A stretch of DNA of 42,872 bases from Spirochaetales bacterium (GCA_031273605.1 JAISRN010000179.1:1-42872); one strand, 5' to 3'. Positions 25,545 through 34,718 are shown, numbered from the stretch's first letter. Translations and numbers: made by a program. Notes: generated by a model from the sequence alone, not told the origin.

Positions 25545-27125
25545 TTAATGCCTTTTAAAGATCCGGTAGTTGAGATCCGGAAAACAGTTATTCTGCTTTT
25601 CCAGCCGGGTAAGCCATTCGGTATCCACGGTATTCCGGCACAGGTCTTCGTAGATCCGGTTAAAATTATAAAGGTGCTCCCGAACCCGCTGTTCCGCATA
25701 GGGCACGGCAAAGCCCTCCTGCATAATAAAAGGCCAGTCCGAAGCCTGACTTAAGATAACTTCCCTGGCCGCCTGGTTTAAAACCCACTCCTTAAGGCCG
25801 CTCTCGTGGGGATACTTTTCTACCATTTCGGTAAGCCGCTCAATGGCCTTGTGGAGATGCCGGTAAATCCAGTGGTTGCTCCCGTTAAGCCAAACCTGGG
25901 CGTAGCCCATGTTCCCCCAACTGGAAAAATCAGGAACCGAAACGGGGTTTTCCGGATACAGCTTTAAGTACTCCCCCGGGGTAATGAGCTGCAGATCCTC
26001 CCTCCCGTGGAGCCGCCGGATCACCGATTCCAGCCACAGGGGCCCCTCAAACCACCACCGGCCAAAGAGACCCGCATCAAAAACGCAGACGCTTAAGGGA
26101 GGGCGGTTCATCAGGGGCTGCAGCCTCTCCGCCTGCAGAAGCCGCTTGTAAAGAAAATTCTCCCCGTGATCCGAGGCTTTCTTGGCGGCCATCCGGGGAT
26201 CGTAAAGCCGCGCCCCCCCCTCATCGGTTCTTTTGGCGTAATACTTGTAGCCGGTGTTTACCCGGATTCCCGGCTTGTAAACAAAATAACCCAGGTAGGC
26301 CTCATTCCGCTCAAAGGCAATGTCCCTTTGAAAATCCCGGTAAGAAAAATCCGTCAGGTACCCTCCGGGGCTTGCGGTAACATCCCGCATGGCCGCGGCG
26401 TCCAGCCCAAAGGCATGGATGCCGCAGGGGGTTTTGACGGGGGTGTAAACCCCGTAGGGGGGCTTAACGTCGGCATTCAAAAAACCGTTGGAGGAGGTGA
26501 AAAAATAATTGAAACCCTCCCGTTTAAGAAAACACTCCAGGCCGGGGTAATATCCGCACTCGGGCAGCCAAAAACCCCGGGGGGAATCGTCAAAATACCG
26601 GTAGTGGGAAATTACCGCCGCTTCAATCTGAGCCCTGTTGGCCTGGGGGTAACTTTCAAAGAGGGGCATAAAGCTATAGCTTGCGCCGGTGGTTATGATC
26701 TCCAGATCCCCGGCCTTTTTCAGCTCCCTAAGCCCCCGGATTAAGGAACCCTTATAGTGTTCCGTGTACTCCCCAAGGCTTTTCCGGTAGTTTTCCAGGT
26801 AGCCGGCGGCCAGCTCTCTCTGGGCGGCGTCATCCGCCCGCTTTACCTCTTTTTCCCCTAACAGAATTTGGTTTCTCAGGTACTGTTCAAAACGGTCTTG
26901 CAGCAATTCGTCCCCCATCATGGCGCACAGGGTGGGGGAAACCGACAGGGCCAGCTTGAGGGGAATTCCATCCTCCCTAAGGGTTCGGAGCATCCTGAGG
27001 AGGGGCAGGAAGGATTCGCTTACCGCCTGGTAATACCAGTTTTCTTCCAGACGGTGAGGGTCCTGGGGATGCCGGACAAAGGGAAGATGGGCATGAAGTA
27101 CAAGACAAATATAGCCTTTCGTCAT
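25545..27125 (-). CDS. GH57-family 1,4-alpha-glucan branching-enzyme-like protein (GH57 catalytic domain plus DUF1957-type C-terminal helical domain)
   Basis: 526 aa. N-terminal LVLHAHLPFVRH, nucleophile context GFWLPECGYYPG, second catalytic region VFDAGLFGRWWFEG. Size and architecture resemble the Thermus/Thermococcus GH57 branching enzymes. Confidence 0.88.
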   Translation of the reverse strand: MTKGYICLVLHAHLPFVRHPQDPHRLEENWYYQAVSESFLPLLRMLRTLREDGIPLKLALSVSPTLCAMMGDELLQDRFEQYLRNQILLGEKEVKRADDAAQRELAAGYLENYRKSLGEYTEHYKGSLIRGLRELKKAGDLEIITTGASYSFMPLFESYPQANRAQIEAAVISHYRYFDDSPRGFWLPECGYYPGLECFLKREGFNYFFTSSNGFLNADVKPPYGVYTPVKTPCGIHAFGLDAAAMRDVTASPGGYLTDFSYRDFQRDIAFERNEAYLGYFVYKPGIRVNTGYKYYAKRTDEGGARLYDPRMAAKKASDHGENFLYKRLLQAERLQPLMNRPPLSVCVFDAGLFGRWWFEGPLWLESVIRRLHGREDLQLITPGEYLKLYPENPVSVPDFSSWGNMGYAQVWLNGSNHWIYRHLHKAIERLTEMVEKYPHESGLKEWVLNQAAREVILSQASDWPFIMQEGFAVPYAEQRVREHLYNFNRIYEDLCRNTVDTEWLTRLEKQNNCFPDLNYRIFKRH

Positions 27126-27155
27126 GAGACCTCTTTTAACAGAATATTCCCGTTT

Positions 27156-27896
27156 TCACAAATACAGGGCGTCCGTATCCGAAATAATCCGCTGGGGAAT
27201 TTCACTTTCCCGCGGGTAACTTTGCGGATCATCAAAATGGGAAGGAAAGAACAGGTTGTCCTGTTCGGTCCTCAGATTCGGATGGGGACTCAAAATGATA
27301 TTGGAGCGGGCCAGTATTTTTTCCCCTGCCCGGAAAAAAGCGATAAGTTCAATGCAATAGTAAGCCCCTGTTTTAGGAAGATTGATGTACCGGTTGCTGT
27401 CCCGGTAGTTCAGGGGAATGTCATAAAAATCCTGCACCGTCCGGGGATCGACTCCCGGGGACGTTCTGGAGGCCTTGGCGGACCTGGCCCCCGGCGTTCC
27501 GGCCATCTCGTAAATCCGCAGAAAAAGCTGCCCCGGAGGGCGGCTGGTTTTTAGTTCCTCCACATCCGCCGGACGGATATCCCAGTAAGCAAAGGCCCAG
27601 GAGGGGTCCTGGAGGAGCAGAACAATCCGGTTTTCGTTGTACTCCCCCGGCAGGGGAAAGCTCTCCTCCACCCGGGTCTGAAAAACCTCGTCCTCGATGA
27701 TGCGAAACTTGCAGGCCTTAACCCGCATGGGGCTGTTGTTGTCTAACTCCCGTTCGCTCCGTTCCTCCTCAATCGTCTCCTGAAGAAGGTCAACCAGGTA
27801 TTCCTTTTTCGTACCCGGATCCAGTTTCAGGCCCTTTTCCCTGGCCAGTTTTTCCAGCTCGCTTTTTGATAAGCGTTCAAGTTTATCGCGGATCAT
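27156..27896 (-). CDS. DUF4912-like protein with an N-terminal Rho_N/SAP-like helix-extended-helix
   Basis: 246 aa. SKSELEKLAREKGLKLDPGTKKEYLVDLL N-terminus. A central WAFAYWDI motif, as I recall for DUF4912, a family commonly encoded next to GH57 enzymes. GGAGGG RBS. Confidence 0.65.
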   Translation of the reverse strand: MIRDKLERLSKSELEKLAREKGLKLDPGTKKEYLVDLLQETIEEERSERELDNNSPMRVKACKFRIIEDEVFQTRVEESFPLPGEYNENRIVLLLQDPSWAFAYWDIRPADVEELKTSRPPGQLFLRIYEMAGTPGARSAKASRTSPGVDPRTVQDFYDIPLNYRDSNRYINLPKTGAYYCIELIAFFRAGEKILARSNIILSPHPNLRTEQDNLFFPSHFDDPQSYPRESEIPQRIISDTDALYL

Positions 27897-27943
27897 AGAC
27901 CCTCCAAGGTCTCTTCTATCCTACGGCATGAAAAATTACCGTG

Positions 27944-28789
27944 TCAAGACGCCTTTCTAAAAAGCAGAATCATCACATCCCCCCAGTTGAGGGTCTTGAC
28001 AAGGGGGTCCAAAATCCCCTTAACCCAGGGGGGGCCCAGGCCCTCCGCCAGACCGCCCCAGGTTTGGCTCCGGACAAAACGGAACCCCCCCCGGGCGGCG
28101 GTCCGTTTCAGGGTGGCGGGGGTAAAGAGAAAGAGGTGATCCGGAATGGCGGACCGCCAGTTCTTGCCAAAAAGAAGGGACTGAAGGCCCCCCAGGTTGG
28201 GGGTGGTGATCACCAGAAACCCCTGGGGAACCAGGAGATCAAAGAGCCGGCGGAGGAGCCCCGCCGGATCGTTAACGTGCTCAATAACGTGGGAAAGGTG
28301 GATGATGCCGTAGGTCTCCCTGGGAAGGTCCGCCTCCTCCAAAGGCCGGGTATGAACGGGAAACCCGCCCCGCCGCCGGGCGTACTCCGCCGCGGGAAGG
28401 CAGATCTCCAGGCCCTCCACGGCATAGCCCTCCTGGGAAAGCCGGGCCGGCAGGAGCCCCGTGGCGCAGCCTATGTCAAGAAAGGGACCCAGCCGGCCCG
28501 CTTCGGGCCCCCAGCGGGAAAAATCCAGATCATCCAGCCCCCGGCGGGCCAGGCGGTAAAAGGCCTCTTCGTTGGCCTTTTCGTATTCAAAGTAGGCCTC
28601 ATCGTAGCGCTGCCTGACCCCGGCGCCCTCCGGCTGGGGGCACTGAAAAACCAGGCCGCACCGGCGGCAGCGGACGTAAACCGCCCCGGGGAGGGAATAG
28701 TGGGGTTTTAAGCTCTTTCCGCCGCAGAGGGGGCAGTCCAGGGGGCGGAACTCCTCCCCGGCGCCGGGGGTTTTCGAGAAGGTCTTCAC
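27944..28789 (-). CDS. class I SAM-dependent methyltransferase with an N-terminal Cys4 zinc ribbon
   Basis: 281 aa. CPLCGG...CRRCG ribbon, SAM motif I LDIGCATG, post-I acidic E, motif IIHLSHVIEHV. GTGA coupling to the upstream gene. Confidence 0.85.
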   Translation of the reverse strand: MKTFSKTPGAGEEFRPLDCPLCGGKSLKPHYSLPGAVYVRCRRCGLVFQCPQPEGAGVRQRYDEAYFEYEKANEEAFYRLARRGLDDLDFSRWGPEAGRLGPFLDIGCATGLLPARLSQEGYAVEGLEICLPAAEYARRRGGFPVHTRPLEEADLPRETYGIIHLSHVIEHVNDPAGLLRRLFDLLVPQGFLVITTPNLGGLQSLLFGKNWRSAIPDHLFLFTPATLKRTAARGGFRFVRSQTWGGLAEGLGPPWVKGILDPLVKTLNWGDVMILLFRKAS

Positions 28790-29658
28790 GGCGTCCCCTC
28801 CCCGGAAAGGCCAAAGAGGGAGAGACTCTTAAAACTCCGGTTGCCCTGAAAATCCTCGGCAATGATTTCCAAAACCGTAAGCCCCCGGGAAAGTTGGAGG
28901 CGCCCCAGGAAAAAGTCCCCCCCGGAGGTGTAGAGTTCCTCAAACCGCCGCCGGGACCGGCGGGAGCCAAGAAAAAGCCGCCCCCCCTCGGCCTCCAGCC
29001 CTTCAAAGGTCTGGGAAAAGCTCTCCCGGCCATTGATAAAAACCCTCACCTGGTAGGGCGCCATAGGCTGATGGTCCGGATAGTCCGGGCTCTGATCCCA
29101 GATCTCCGCCGCTAATTCGTAGTCCCCCCAGGGAAGGCCCTGTTCGGCCACGAGGGGCCTCCACTCCTCCCCGGCCCGGATAAAAACCTCCCCCACCTCC
29201 GGGGGGATTCGGTCCGCCAGGGGGGGAAGAATCTTAAGGGGATTGACGGTTTGGTTAAATTCCATATCGATGATCTGCAGGCCCAGTTCCGAAGAGCCCA
29301 GGACCCCCAGGACCTCAGCCGGGGAAAAATAGGGGTCCGGCCGATCCGGGGGGGGAGATTCCAAATGGGCGTAGAGGCTAAGGAGATTCCGCTCATGCCT
29401 TAGCACCGCAAAGTTTCCCAGCCCCGAAGGCAAAAGGTAGGGCTGATCCTCCCCAAAATAATAGATCAGTTCCCCCCCCTCCACCGGCCGGACTTCCTGG
29501 GGCGGGCCCGACAGGGTAAGGCCGGGCAGAAAAACCCCCTGATCGTCCTGTCCAAAGGTTTGCTTAAGAACCACCCTTTGCACCGGCCATTGGTAGGCCC
29601 CGGAAAGGACGACCGGAACCAGGGAAAGCCAAAGGCCAAGCAGAATTCCTTTTTTCAT
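28786..29658 (-). CDS. secreted degenerate M23/LytM-domain protein (catalytic His/Asp apparently missing) with a C-terminal beta-rich domain
   Basis: 290 aa. Signal peptide MKKGILLGLWLSLVPVVLSGA. M23-like scaffold (GNFAVLRHERNLLSLYAHLES ... TVNPLKILP), but the HxxxD and HxH positions read FLPGL and LQI by eye. Confidence 0.55.
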   Translation of the reverse strand: MKKGILLGLWLSLVPVVLSGAYQWPVQRVVLKQTFGQDDQGVFLPGLTLSGPPQEVRPVEGGELIYYFGEDQPYLLPSGLGNFAVLRHERNLLSLYAHLESPPPDRPDPYFSPAEVLGVLGSSELGLQIIDMEFNQTVNPLKILPPLADRIPPEVGEVFIRAGEEWRPLVAEQGLPWGDYELAAEIWDQSPDYPDHQPMAPYQVRVFINGRESFSQTFEGLEAEGGRLFLGSRRSRRRFEELYTSGGDFFLGRLQLSRGLTVLEIIAEDFQGNRSFKSLSLFGLSGEGTP

Positions 29659-30779
29659 AGGTCCTTCCTCCGGCGGCTAAAGCTGTAGAGGGTTCCCCCC
29701 TGGCTTAGGATCAACCGGTCTCCGTCGTAGGCCGCCGGCGCGCCGGAGGAATCCAGGGCGAGCCTCCGGGGATTCCCCCCGGACTGGGGATCCCAAAAGA
29801 GCAGTTCCCCCCCGGCCTCTCCCCGGGAAAAGAACAAGGTCTGTCCCTGGGGCGGGGACACCGCCTCCGCCAGGGGATACCCCAGGGGAAGGGTCTCCCC
29901 CCGCCGGGTTTTAAGCCCGTAAATCACCGCCCCTGCCGGATCCGACACCGCCAGTTCCTGGTCCCGGCGGATAAAAAAGAGCCCCCGGGAGGTCCGGTAC
30001 TCCCGGTCCAGGGCTTCCTCCCAGAGGAGCCTAACCCCGCCGCCGGGGGACTCCGGAAAGGCGTAAACCCGGAGCCTCTGGGGTTTCAGCCCCAGGACAA
30101 GGGCAAAGACCCTTAAGTCCTTTCCCAGGGCCGCCCCATACACCACCTGTCCCGGAGCGGTCTCGGAAAAAACCACCCTCCCCCGGGAGTCCAGGCAGAC
30201 CGCCTCCCCGTTGAGGAGCCCCGCTAAAATGCCCCCCTCCGCCGGCGGCCCGGGGGAGCGGGGGGCGGCGTTCACATCCAGGGCGGTGATGAGGGAGGAG
30301 AACTGGTAGTCCCAGAGTTTTTCCCCCTCCCAGGTCCAGCGGGAAAGGCCCCGGCGGTCCCGGGAGATCACCAGAACCCAGTCCCCCGCCAGGTAGGGGT
30401 AGCCATTGCCGGGAAGAACCCCGGCGGGCCTTCCTTCGAGGTCCCGGAGGAGGAGGGTTCCCCCGGCGGCGGAATAATTAACAAAACCCCGGGGGCCGGA
30501 AGCGAGGCGGTAATCCAGAGCTTCGGTATAAATAAGTTCCCCCCGGGAAGAAACGGTACCGGCAATCCCCCCTTCCCGCCCCGCCGGGGATTCCCGGGGA
30601 GCCGCCGCAAAGGCAAAGATCTCCCCCTCAAAGGAACCGGAAAGGGGGGCGCCGGAGAGGGGCAGCGCCCATTGGGGGGTCCAGAGGACCTCCGGGACCG
30701 GGTTTGTGGGAAAAAAAAGAAGATACCCCGCCAAGGCCGGCCACAGGAGGCCGGAGGGGAAAGGCTTTTTTGGTTTCAA
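29655..30779 (-). CDS. membrane-anchored or secreted beta-rich protein (possible beta-propeller), function unknown
   Basis: 374 aa. N-terminal hydrophobic segment LLWPALAGYLLFF, repeated short beta-strand/turn patterns rich in G/L/R. TTG start. ATGA coupling to the downstream gene. Confidence 0.6.
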   Translation of the reverse strand: MKPKKPFPSGLLWPALAGYLLFFPTNPVPEVLWTPQWALPLSGAPLSGSFEGEIFAFAAAPRESPAGREGGIAGTVSSRGELIYTEALDYRLASGPRGFVNYSAAGGTLLLRDLEGRPAGVLPGNGYPYLAGDWVLVISRDRRGLSRWTWEGEKLWDYQFSSLITALDVNAAPRSPGPPAEGGILAGLLNGEAVCLDSRGRVVFSETAPGQVVYGAALGKDLRVFALVLGLKPQRLRVYAFPESPGGGVRLLWEEALDREYRTSRGLFFIRRDQELAVSDPAGAVIYGLKTRRGETLPLGYPLAEAVSPPQGQTLFFSRGEAGGELLFWDPQSGGNPRRLALDSSGAPAAYDGDRLILSQGGTLYSFSRRRKDL

Positions 30780-30805
30780 ATGACCCCCGGTGTTCCCAAA
30801 TTCAA

Positions 30806-30834
30806 AACCAATCCTTTGCGTTTAGGGATTGGTT
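30806..30834. promoter_or_regulatory. perfect 9-bp inverted repeat in the divergent promoter region between the 374-aa gene and cdd
   Basis: AACCAATCC-tttgcgtttag-GGATTGGTT. Confidence 0.3.
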
Positions 30835-30938
30835 CTCCCTGTCAGTCTAATGAGGGGATAGAAAAAGTCAATATTCTTGTTTACACTTTTGAAAGGCTAA
30901 ACCGCCGCAAACTGTGAAAAGAGAAAAGGAGAAAACCC

Positions 30939-31361
30939 ATGTCCCAGGAAACCCAAATTGACCGGGAAGCCCTTATGGACCGGGCCTTTGAGGCCGCCGA
31001 ACTTTCCTACAGCCCCTACTCCCATTTCCGGGTGGGGGCGGCCCTGCTCTGCCAGGACGGAACCGTGGTTACCGCGGCCAACATTGAAAACCGCTCCTTC
31101 GGCATGACCATCTGCGCCGAACGCTCCGCCATCGTCAAGGCCCATTCCCTGGGGCGGACCCGCTACACCGCCCTGGCGGTGGCCTGCCCGGATGCCGGCT
31201 ACCCCGTTTCCCCCTGCGGCGCCTGCCGCCAGGTTATTTCGGAGTTTGCCGGCCCGGATTTTCCCGTTTACTTTACCGGGGCCGACCGCAGCCAAACCGT
31301 CTGTACCACCATAGGCAGCCTGTTTCCCTATGACGCGTTAAAAGAGCTGGCGCAGCCCTAG
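30939..31361 (+). CDS. cdd: cytidine deaminase
   Basis: 140 aa. Zinc-binding motifs CAERSAI and PCGACRQ. AAGGAG RBS. Confidence 0.95.
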   Translation: MSQETQIDREALMDRAFEAAELSYSPYSHFRVGAALLCQDGTVVTAANIENRSFGMTICAERSAIVKAHSLGRTRYTALAVACPDAGYPVSPCGACRQVISEFAGPDFPVYFTGADRSQTVCTTIGSLFPYDALKELAQP

Positions 31362-31367
31362 TACCGG

Positions 31368-32174
31368 TCATTTCTTCACCGCCTCGGCTTTCTTTAAGTC
31401 GCTGTCCATCTTGGTCTTCCAGACCTCCAGGTTTTTCTTGAGTTTATCCGCCTCCTCCACCTCGGACATGAGGATATGAATCCGCCGCAGCGCCGAAAGA
31501 TAGGCCAGGGCAATCTTAAAATCATCAATCCGGTGGGTGGAGAGCTCGTACTTTTGGCGGTACCCGTCCGCCGCCCTCTGGAGCAGGTCCTTAACCAGCT
31601 TGAGATGGGCCATCCTGGCCTTGTAACCTTCGATCCGGGGGTCCATCCGGCCAATAAAGGATTTTAAATCCAGGATGTTCTTGGCCACCGTGGCAAACCG
31701 TCCGTCCAGTTCCACAAAGGACCACTTCCACTTGGAGTTCTCCCCGAAACCTTCGATAACAGTCTGAATGGAAAAGCCCAGTTTGCACAGCAGCTTGTAA
31801 CGGGCCTCGTCGGTCATGCCGCTTATGCGGTTTAGCTTTTCTTCGTACTCGTTAAAGGCCGAATCCACCAGGTTGCTTACCACATCCTCCAGGGAAATGA
31901 GGGCCTTGTAGCAGGCTTTGCGGGCGTCGTTTAGGTAGGCCTCGTTCTTAACCCCCATCAGGGAGAGGGAGAGGGAATTGAGGAGGACGCAGTAGGAAAC
32001 CAGATTGAGATTTTCCTCCGCCGCGGAAACCTGAAGATAGGCCGCCTCGTCGCCGCCCTTGGCCGCCTGCTGCAAAAAGCCCTTTTCCCGGGCCGCCGCC
32101 TGCTCAATGCTGGATTTATAAATTTTTAATTTATCAAAATATTTTTTTTTAGCTTCGTTGCTAACCTTGCCCAA
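31368..32174 (-). CDS. conserved-looking all-helical hypothetical protein (start moved to the TTG at 32174)
   Basis: ~268 aa with no signal peptide and helical composition. AAAGGAGGAACC precedes the TTG at 32174. The ORF-track start (32219) would overlap recN by 59 nt. Confidence 0.65.
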   Translation of the reverse strand: MGKVSNEAKKKYFDKLKIYKSSIEQAAAREKGFLQQAAKGGDEAAYLQVSAAEENLNLVSYCVLLNSLSLSLMGVKNEAYLNDARKACYKALISLEDVVSNLVDSAFNEYEEKLNRISGMTDEARYKLLCKLGFSIQTVIEGFGENSKWKWSFVELDGRFATVAKNILDLKSFIGRMDPRIEGYKARMAHLKLVKDLLQRAADGYRQKYELSTHRIDDFKIALAYLSALRRIHILMSEVEEADKLKKNLEVWKTKMDSDLKKAEAVKK

Positions 32175-33885
32175 GGTTCCTCCTTTCCGTTCCCCGGCGG
32201 CCCAGGAGTTCCCGGGCATGGGCTAAAGACGTTTTATCATTGGGGTCCCCCGAAAGCATCCGGGCAATCTCCTGGGTCCGGGCCTCTCCGGAAACCGCAA
32301 AAATATCCGTCAGGGTACGGCCATTTTTAACGGATTTCTCCACCTTAATCTGATTATCGGCTCGTACGGCTATAGAGGCAAGATGGGTAATGCAAAGAAC
32401 CTGCTTAGATTTGGCAATTTCTCCCAGGTACTCCCCCACCGTAAGGGCTACTTCCCCGCCAATCCCCGCATCCACCTCATCAAAGATCAGGGTTCCTATT
32501 TCATCGGTCTCGCTTAAAACCGACTTTATGGCAAGCATGATCCGGCTTACCTCCCCCCCGGAGGCTATGCTTTTCAGGGGCTTGAGGGCCTCCCCAAGGT
32601 TGGGGGAGATGAGAAACTCAATCTGATCGTAGCCCTGGGGGCCGCAGACCGCCTTGCCCTCCCGGGAAAGCCGGGGTTCCGTTTCAATCTTAAAATCCCC
32701 CCGCTCCATCCCCAGGCGGGTCAGCCGGCTCTTAATTTCCCCCCCCAGCCTGGCGGCGGCGGCCCTCCGTTTGGCCGAAAGCCCGGCGGCCTTTTCCTGG
32801 ATGCGCTTTTCCAGTTGAAGAATCTTTAACCGCCATTCCTCCTGACGGCTGTCCCAGCTTTCCAACCCCGCCGCCTTTTCCAGGGCCTCCTCCCGGTAAG
32901 CTAAAAGGCCCTCCACCCCCTCGGCGTACTTCTTGGAGAGCCGCCTTATCTCCGCCAGCCGGGCCTCGCAGTCCTCCAGGCGCCGGGGGCTAAAGTCCAG
33001 GTCCCGGCGGTAATCCTTGACCGCCTCGACAATGTCCTCAATCTCGTAATAGGCGCTCTCCATCCGGGCCGCCGGGGACTCCTGGGTTGAGTCAATCCCG
33101 GCAATCCGGGAAAGCTCGTCCCGGAGGCTTTTAAGCCGGTTAACCAGGCCCTCCTCCCCCGCAACCAGGCCCAGGAAGGCCGACAGGTGGGTAAAGAGCT
33201 TTTCCCCCTGGGCCAGGAGAGTCCGCTCCCGCTGAAGCTCCTCCTCCTCCCCCGCCTTTAGGCCGGCCTCCTCGATCTCCCGGGCGGCGTGGCGCAAAAG
33301 CTCAATCTCCCGGCGGCGCTCCTCCTCGGCGCCGGTCATCCTTTCAAATTCTTTTTTAAGGGCCCCCAGGGCGGAAAAATCCTGCCCCAAACTCAAGGCC
33401 ATCTCCTCGGTTCCCCCGAAGCGATCCAGAAGCCGCCGCTGGGTATCCGGGGACAGCAGGGACTGATGCTCGTTCTGCCCGTGGATATCAATGAGAAGCC
33501 CCGCCAGTTCCTGAAGGTCGGCCCGGGGAACCGCCGCCCCCTGAACAAAGCAGCCGGACCGCCCCCCGGTTTTAATCACCCGCCTCAGGATAAGCCGGTC
33601 CTCCTCAAAGGGAATCTCCCTGGCGGCCAGCCAGCCCGTCAGGGCGGGGGCGGGGGTAATTTTCAGGCAGCCGGAAACCTCCAACTGCTCGCAGCCCCGG
33701 CGGATAAGGCCGCCCTCCCCCTTTTGCCCCATCAAAAGGCCCACCGCACCGATGAGGATCGATTTTCCCGCCCCGGTTTCCCCGGTAAGCACGTTAAAAC
33801 CCGGAGCAAAGTTTACCTCCAACTCGTCAATTAAGGCGTAATTCTTAATATTTAACTGTTCCAGCACGCCGAACCCCCCGACCAT
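32161..33885 (-). CDS. recN: DNA repair protein RecN
   Basis: 574 aa. Walker A GETGAGKS, long coiled coil, SMC signature SGGEVSRIMLA, Walker B LIFDEVDAGIGG. An alternative GTG start at 33867 has a G-rich SD. Confidence 0.95.
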   Translation of the reverse strand: MVGGFGVLEQLNIKNYALIDELEVNFAPGFNVLTGETGAGKSILIGAVGLLMGQKGEGGLIRRGCEQLEVSGCLKITPAPALTGWLAAREIPFEEDRLILRRVIKTGGRSGCFVQGAAVPRADLQELAGLLIDIHGQNEHQSLLSPDTQRRLLDRFGGTEEMALSLGQDFSALGALKKEFERMTGAEEERRREIELLRHAAREIEEAGLKAGEEEELQRERTLLAQGEKLFTHLSAFLGLVAGEEGLVNRLKSLRDELSRIAGIDSTQESPAARMESAYYEIEDIVEAVKDYRRDLDFSPRRLEDCEARLAEIRRLSKKYAEGVEGLLAYREEALEKAAGLESWDSRQEEWRLKILQLEKRIQEKAAGLSAKRRAAAARLGGEIKSRLTRLGMERGDFKIETEPRLSREGKAVCGPQGYDQIEFLISPNLGEALKPLKSIASGGEVSRIMLAIKSVLSETDEIGTLIFDEVDAGIGGEVALTVGEYLGEIAKSKQVLCITHLASIAVRADNQIKVEKSVKNGRTLTDIFAVSGEARTQEIARMLSGDPNDKTSLAHARELLGRRGTERRNLGQG

Positions 33886-34718
33886 TTGAGTTTTTGCCGC
33901 AGAACATCGTAAAAATTCCTGCGATCCGATCGTAAGAGTAGTACCTTGTGGGGTGAAGAATTGATTGTCAGGAGGTCCCCGGGCTCCAGGGGATGGGAAA
34001 TCTGGCCGTCCACGGTAAGGATGGTTTGGATTCCCTTTTTTTCCCGGATGGTTATCCGGATCTCCTTTTCCCTTTGCACCACCAGGGGGCGGCTGGAGAG
34101 GGAAAAGGGGCAGATAGGATTGATGATGAGGGCCTCCATTTCCGGGTCCAGGATGGGCCCCCCTGCGGAAGCGCAGTAGGCGGTAGAACCGGTGGGGGTG
34201 GCCACGATAACCCCGTCGGCAAAGTAGCTGTCCACCGGGGTTCCTCCGATGTCAACCTGGAGGCTCATCAACCGGGAGATGCCGTTTACCGAAACCACCG
34301 CGTCATTTAAGCCGTTAAAGGCGGTCAGGGTTTCCCCCTCCCGGATAATCCGGGCGGTGAGCATCATCCGGGGGGAGGACTCAAGCTCCCCGGCCTGAAA
34401 TTTTTCAAAGGCCCCCTGCCACTCCTCCCGTTTAATTTCCGTAAGAAAACCCAGGCTCCCCAGGTTTACCGCCAAAATAGGGGTCCCCGGTTCCGCCAGG
34501 TGGCGGGCCGAAAAAAGCACCGTCCCGTCTCCCCCCAGGCTCAAGGCCAGCTCGGCGGGGGAAAACCGGGGAGGGGGGGAACCCGGCCAGCCCCGGTAGG
34601 TGTAAACCTCGCAGCCTATGTTCCGGGCGGACAGAAAGTCCTGAACTTCCCCCAGAACGGAGGAGGCGCCGGACTTGGACAGGTTGGCAATGATGATAAC
34701 GTGGCGGACCCTTTTCAT
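33852..34718 (-). CDS. nadK: NAD+ kinase (start moved to the internal ATG)
   Basis: GGDGT motif (LSLGGDGTVLF) and NE/D...PTGSTAY motif. The ATG at 34718 (MKRVRHVIII) avoids overlap with the upstream gene, which stops at 34729. Confidence 0.93.
   Translation of the reverse strand: MKRVRHVIIIANLSKSGASSVLGEVQDFLSARNIGCEVYTYRGWPGSPPPRFSPAELALSLGGDGTVLFSARHLAEPGTPILAVNLGSLGFLTEIKREEWQGAFEKFQAGELESSPRMMLTARIIREGETLTAFNGLNDAVVSVNGISRLMSLQVDIGGTPVDSYFADGVIVATPTGSTAYCASAGGPILDPEMEALIINPICPFSLSSRPLVVQREKEIRITIREKKGIQTILTVDGQISHPLEPGDLLTINSSPHKVLLLRSDRRNFYDVLRQKLKWSGGSACWNS

Noticed and set aside
24975-25711. ORFs 24975-25358 (+, 127 aa) and 25139-25711 (-, 190 aa) spanning the 83-aa ORF and the repeat element
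   Set aside because: Gly/Pro/Arg-rich translations. The minus ORF reads through the structured repeat and into the GH57 3' end. The 83-aa frame is the only one with protein-like composition.
27897-27943. Small hairpin AGACC-TTGGAG-GGTCT enclosing the DUF4912 RBS
   Set aside because: The stem is only 5 bp, is not followed by a T-run, and could arise by chance. There is insufficient support for a regulatory call.
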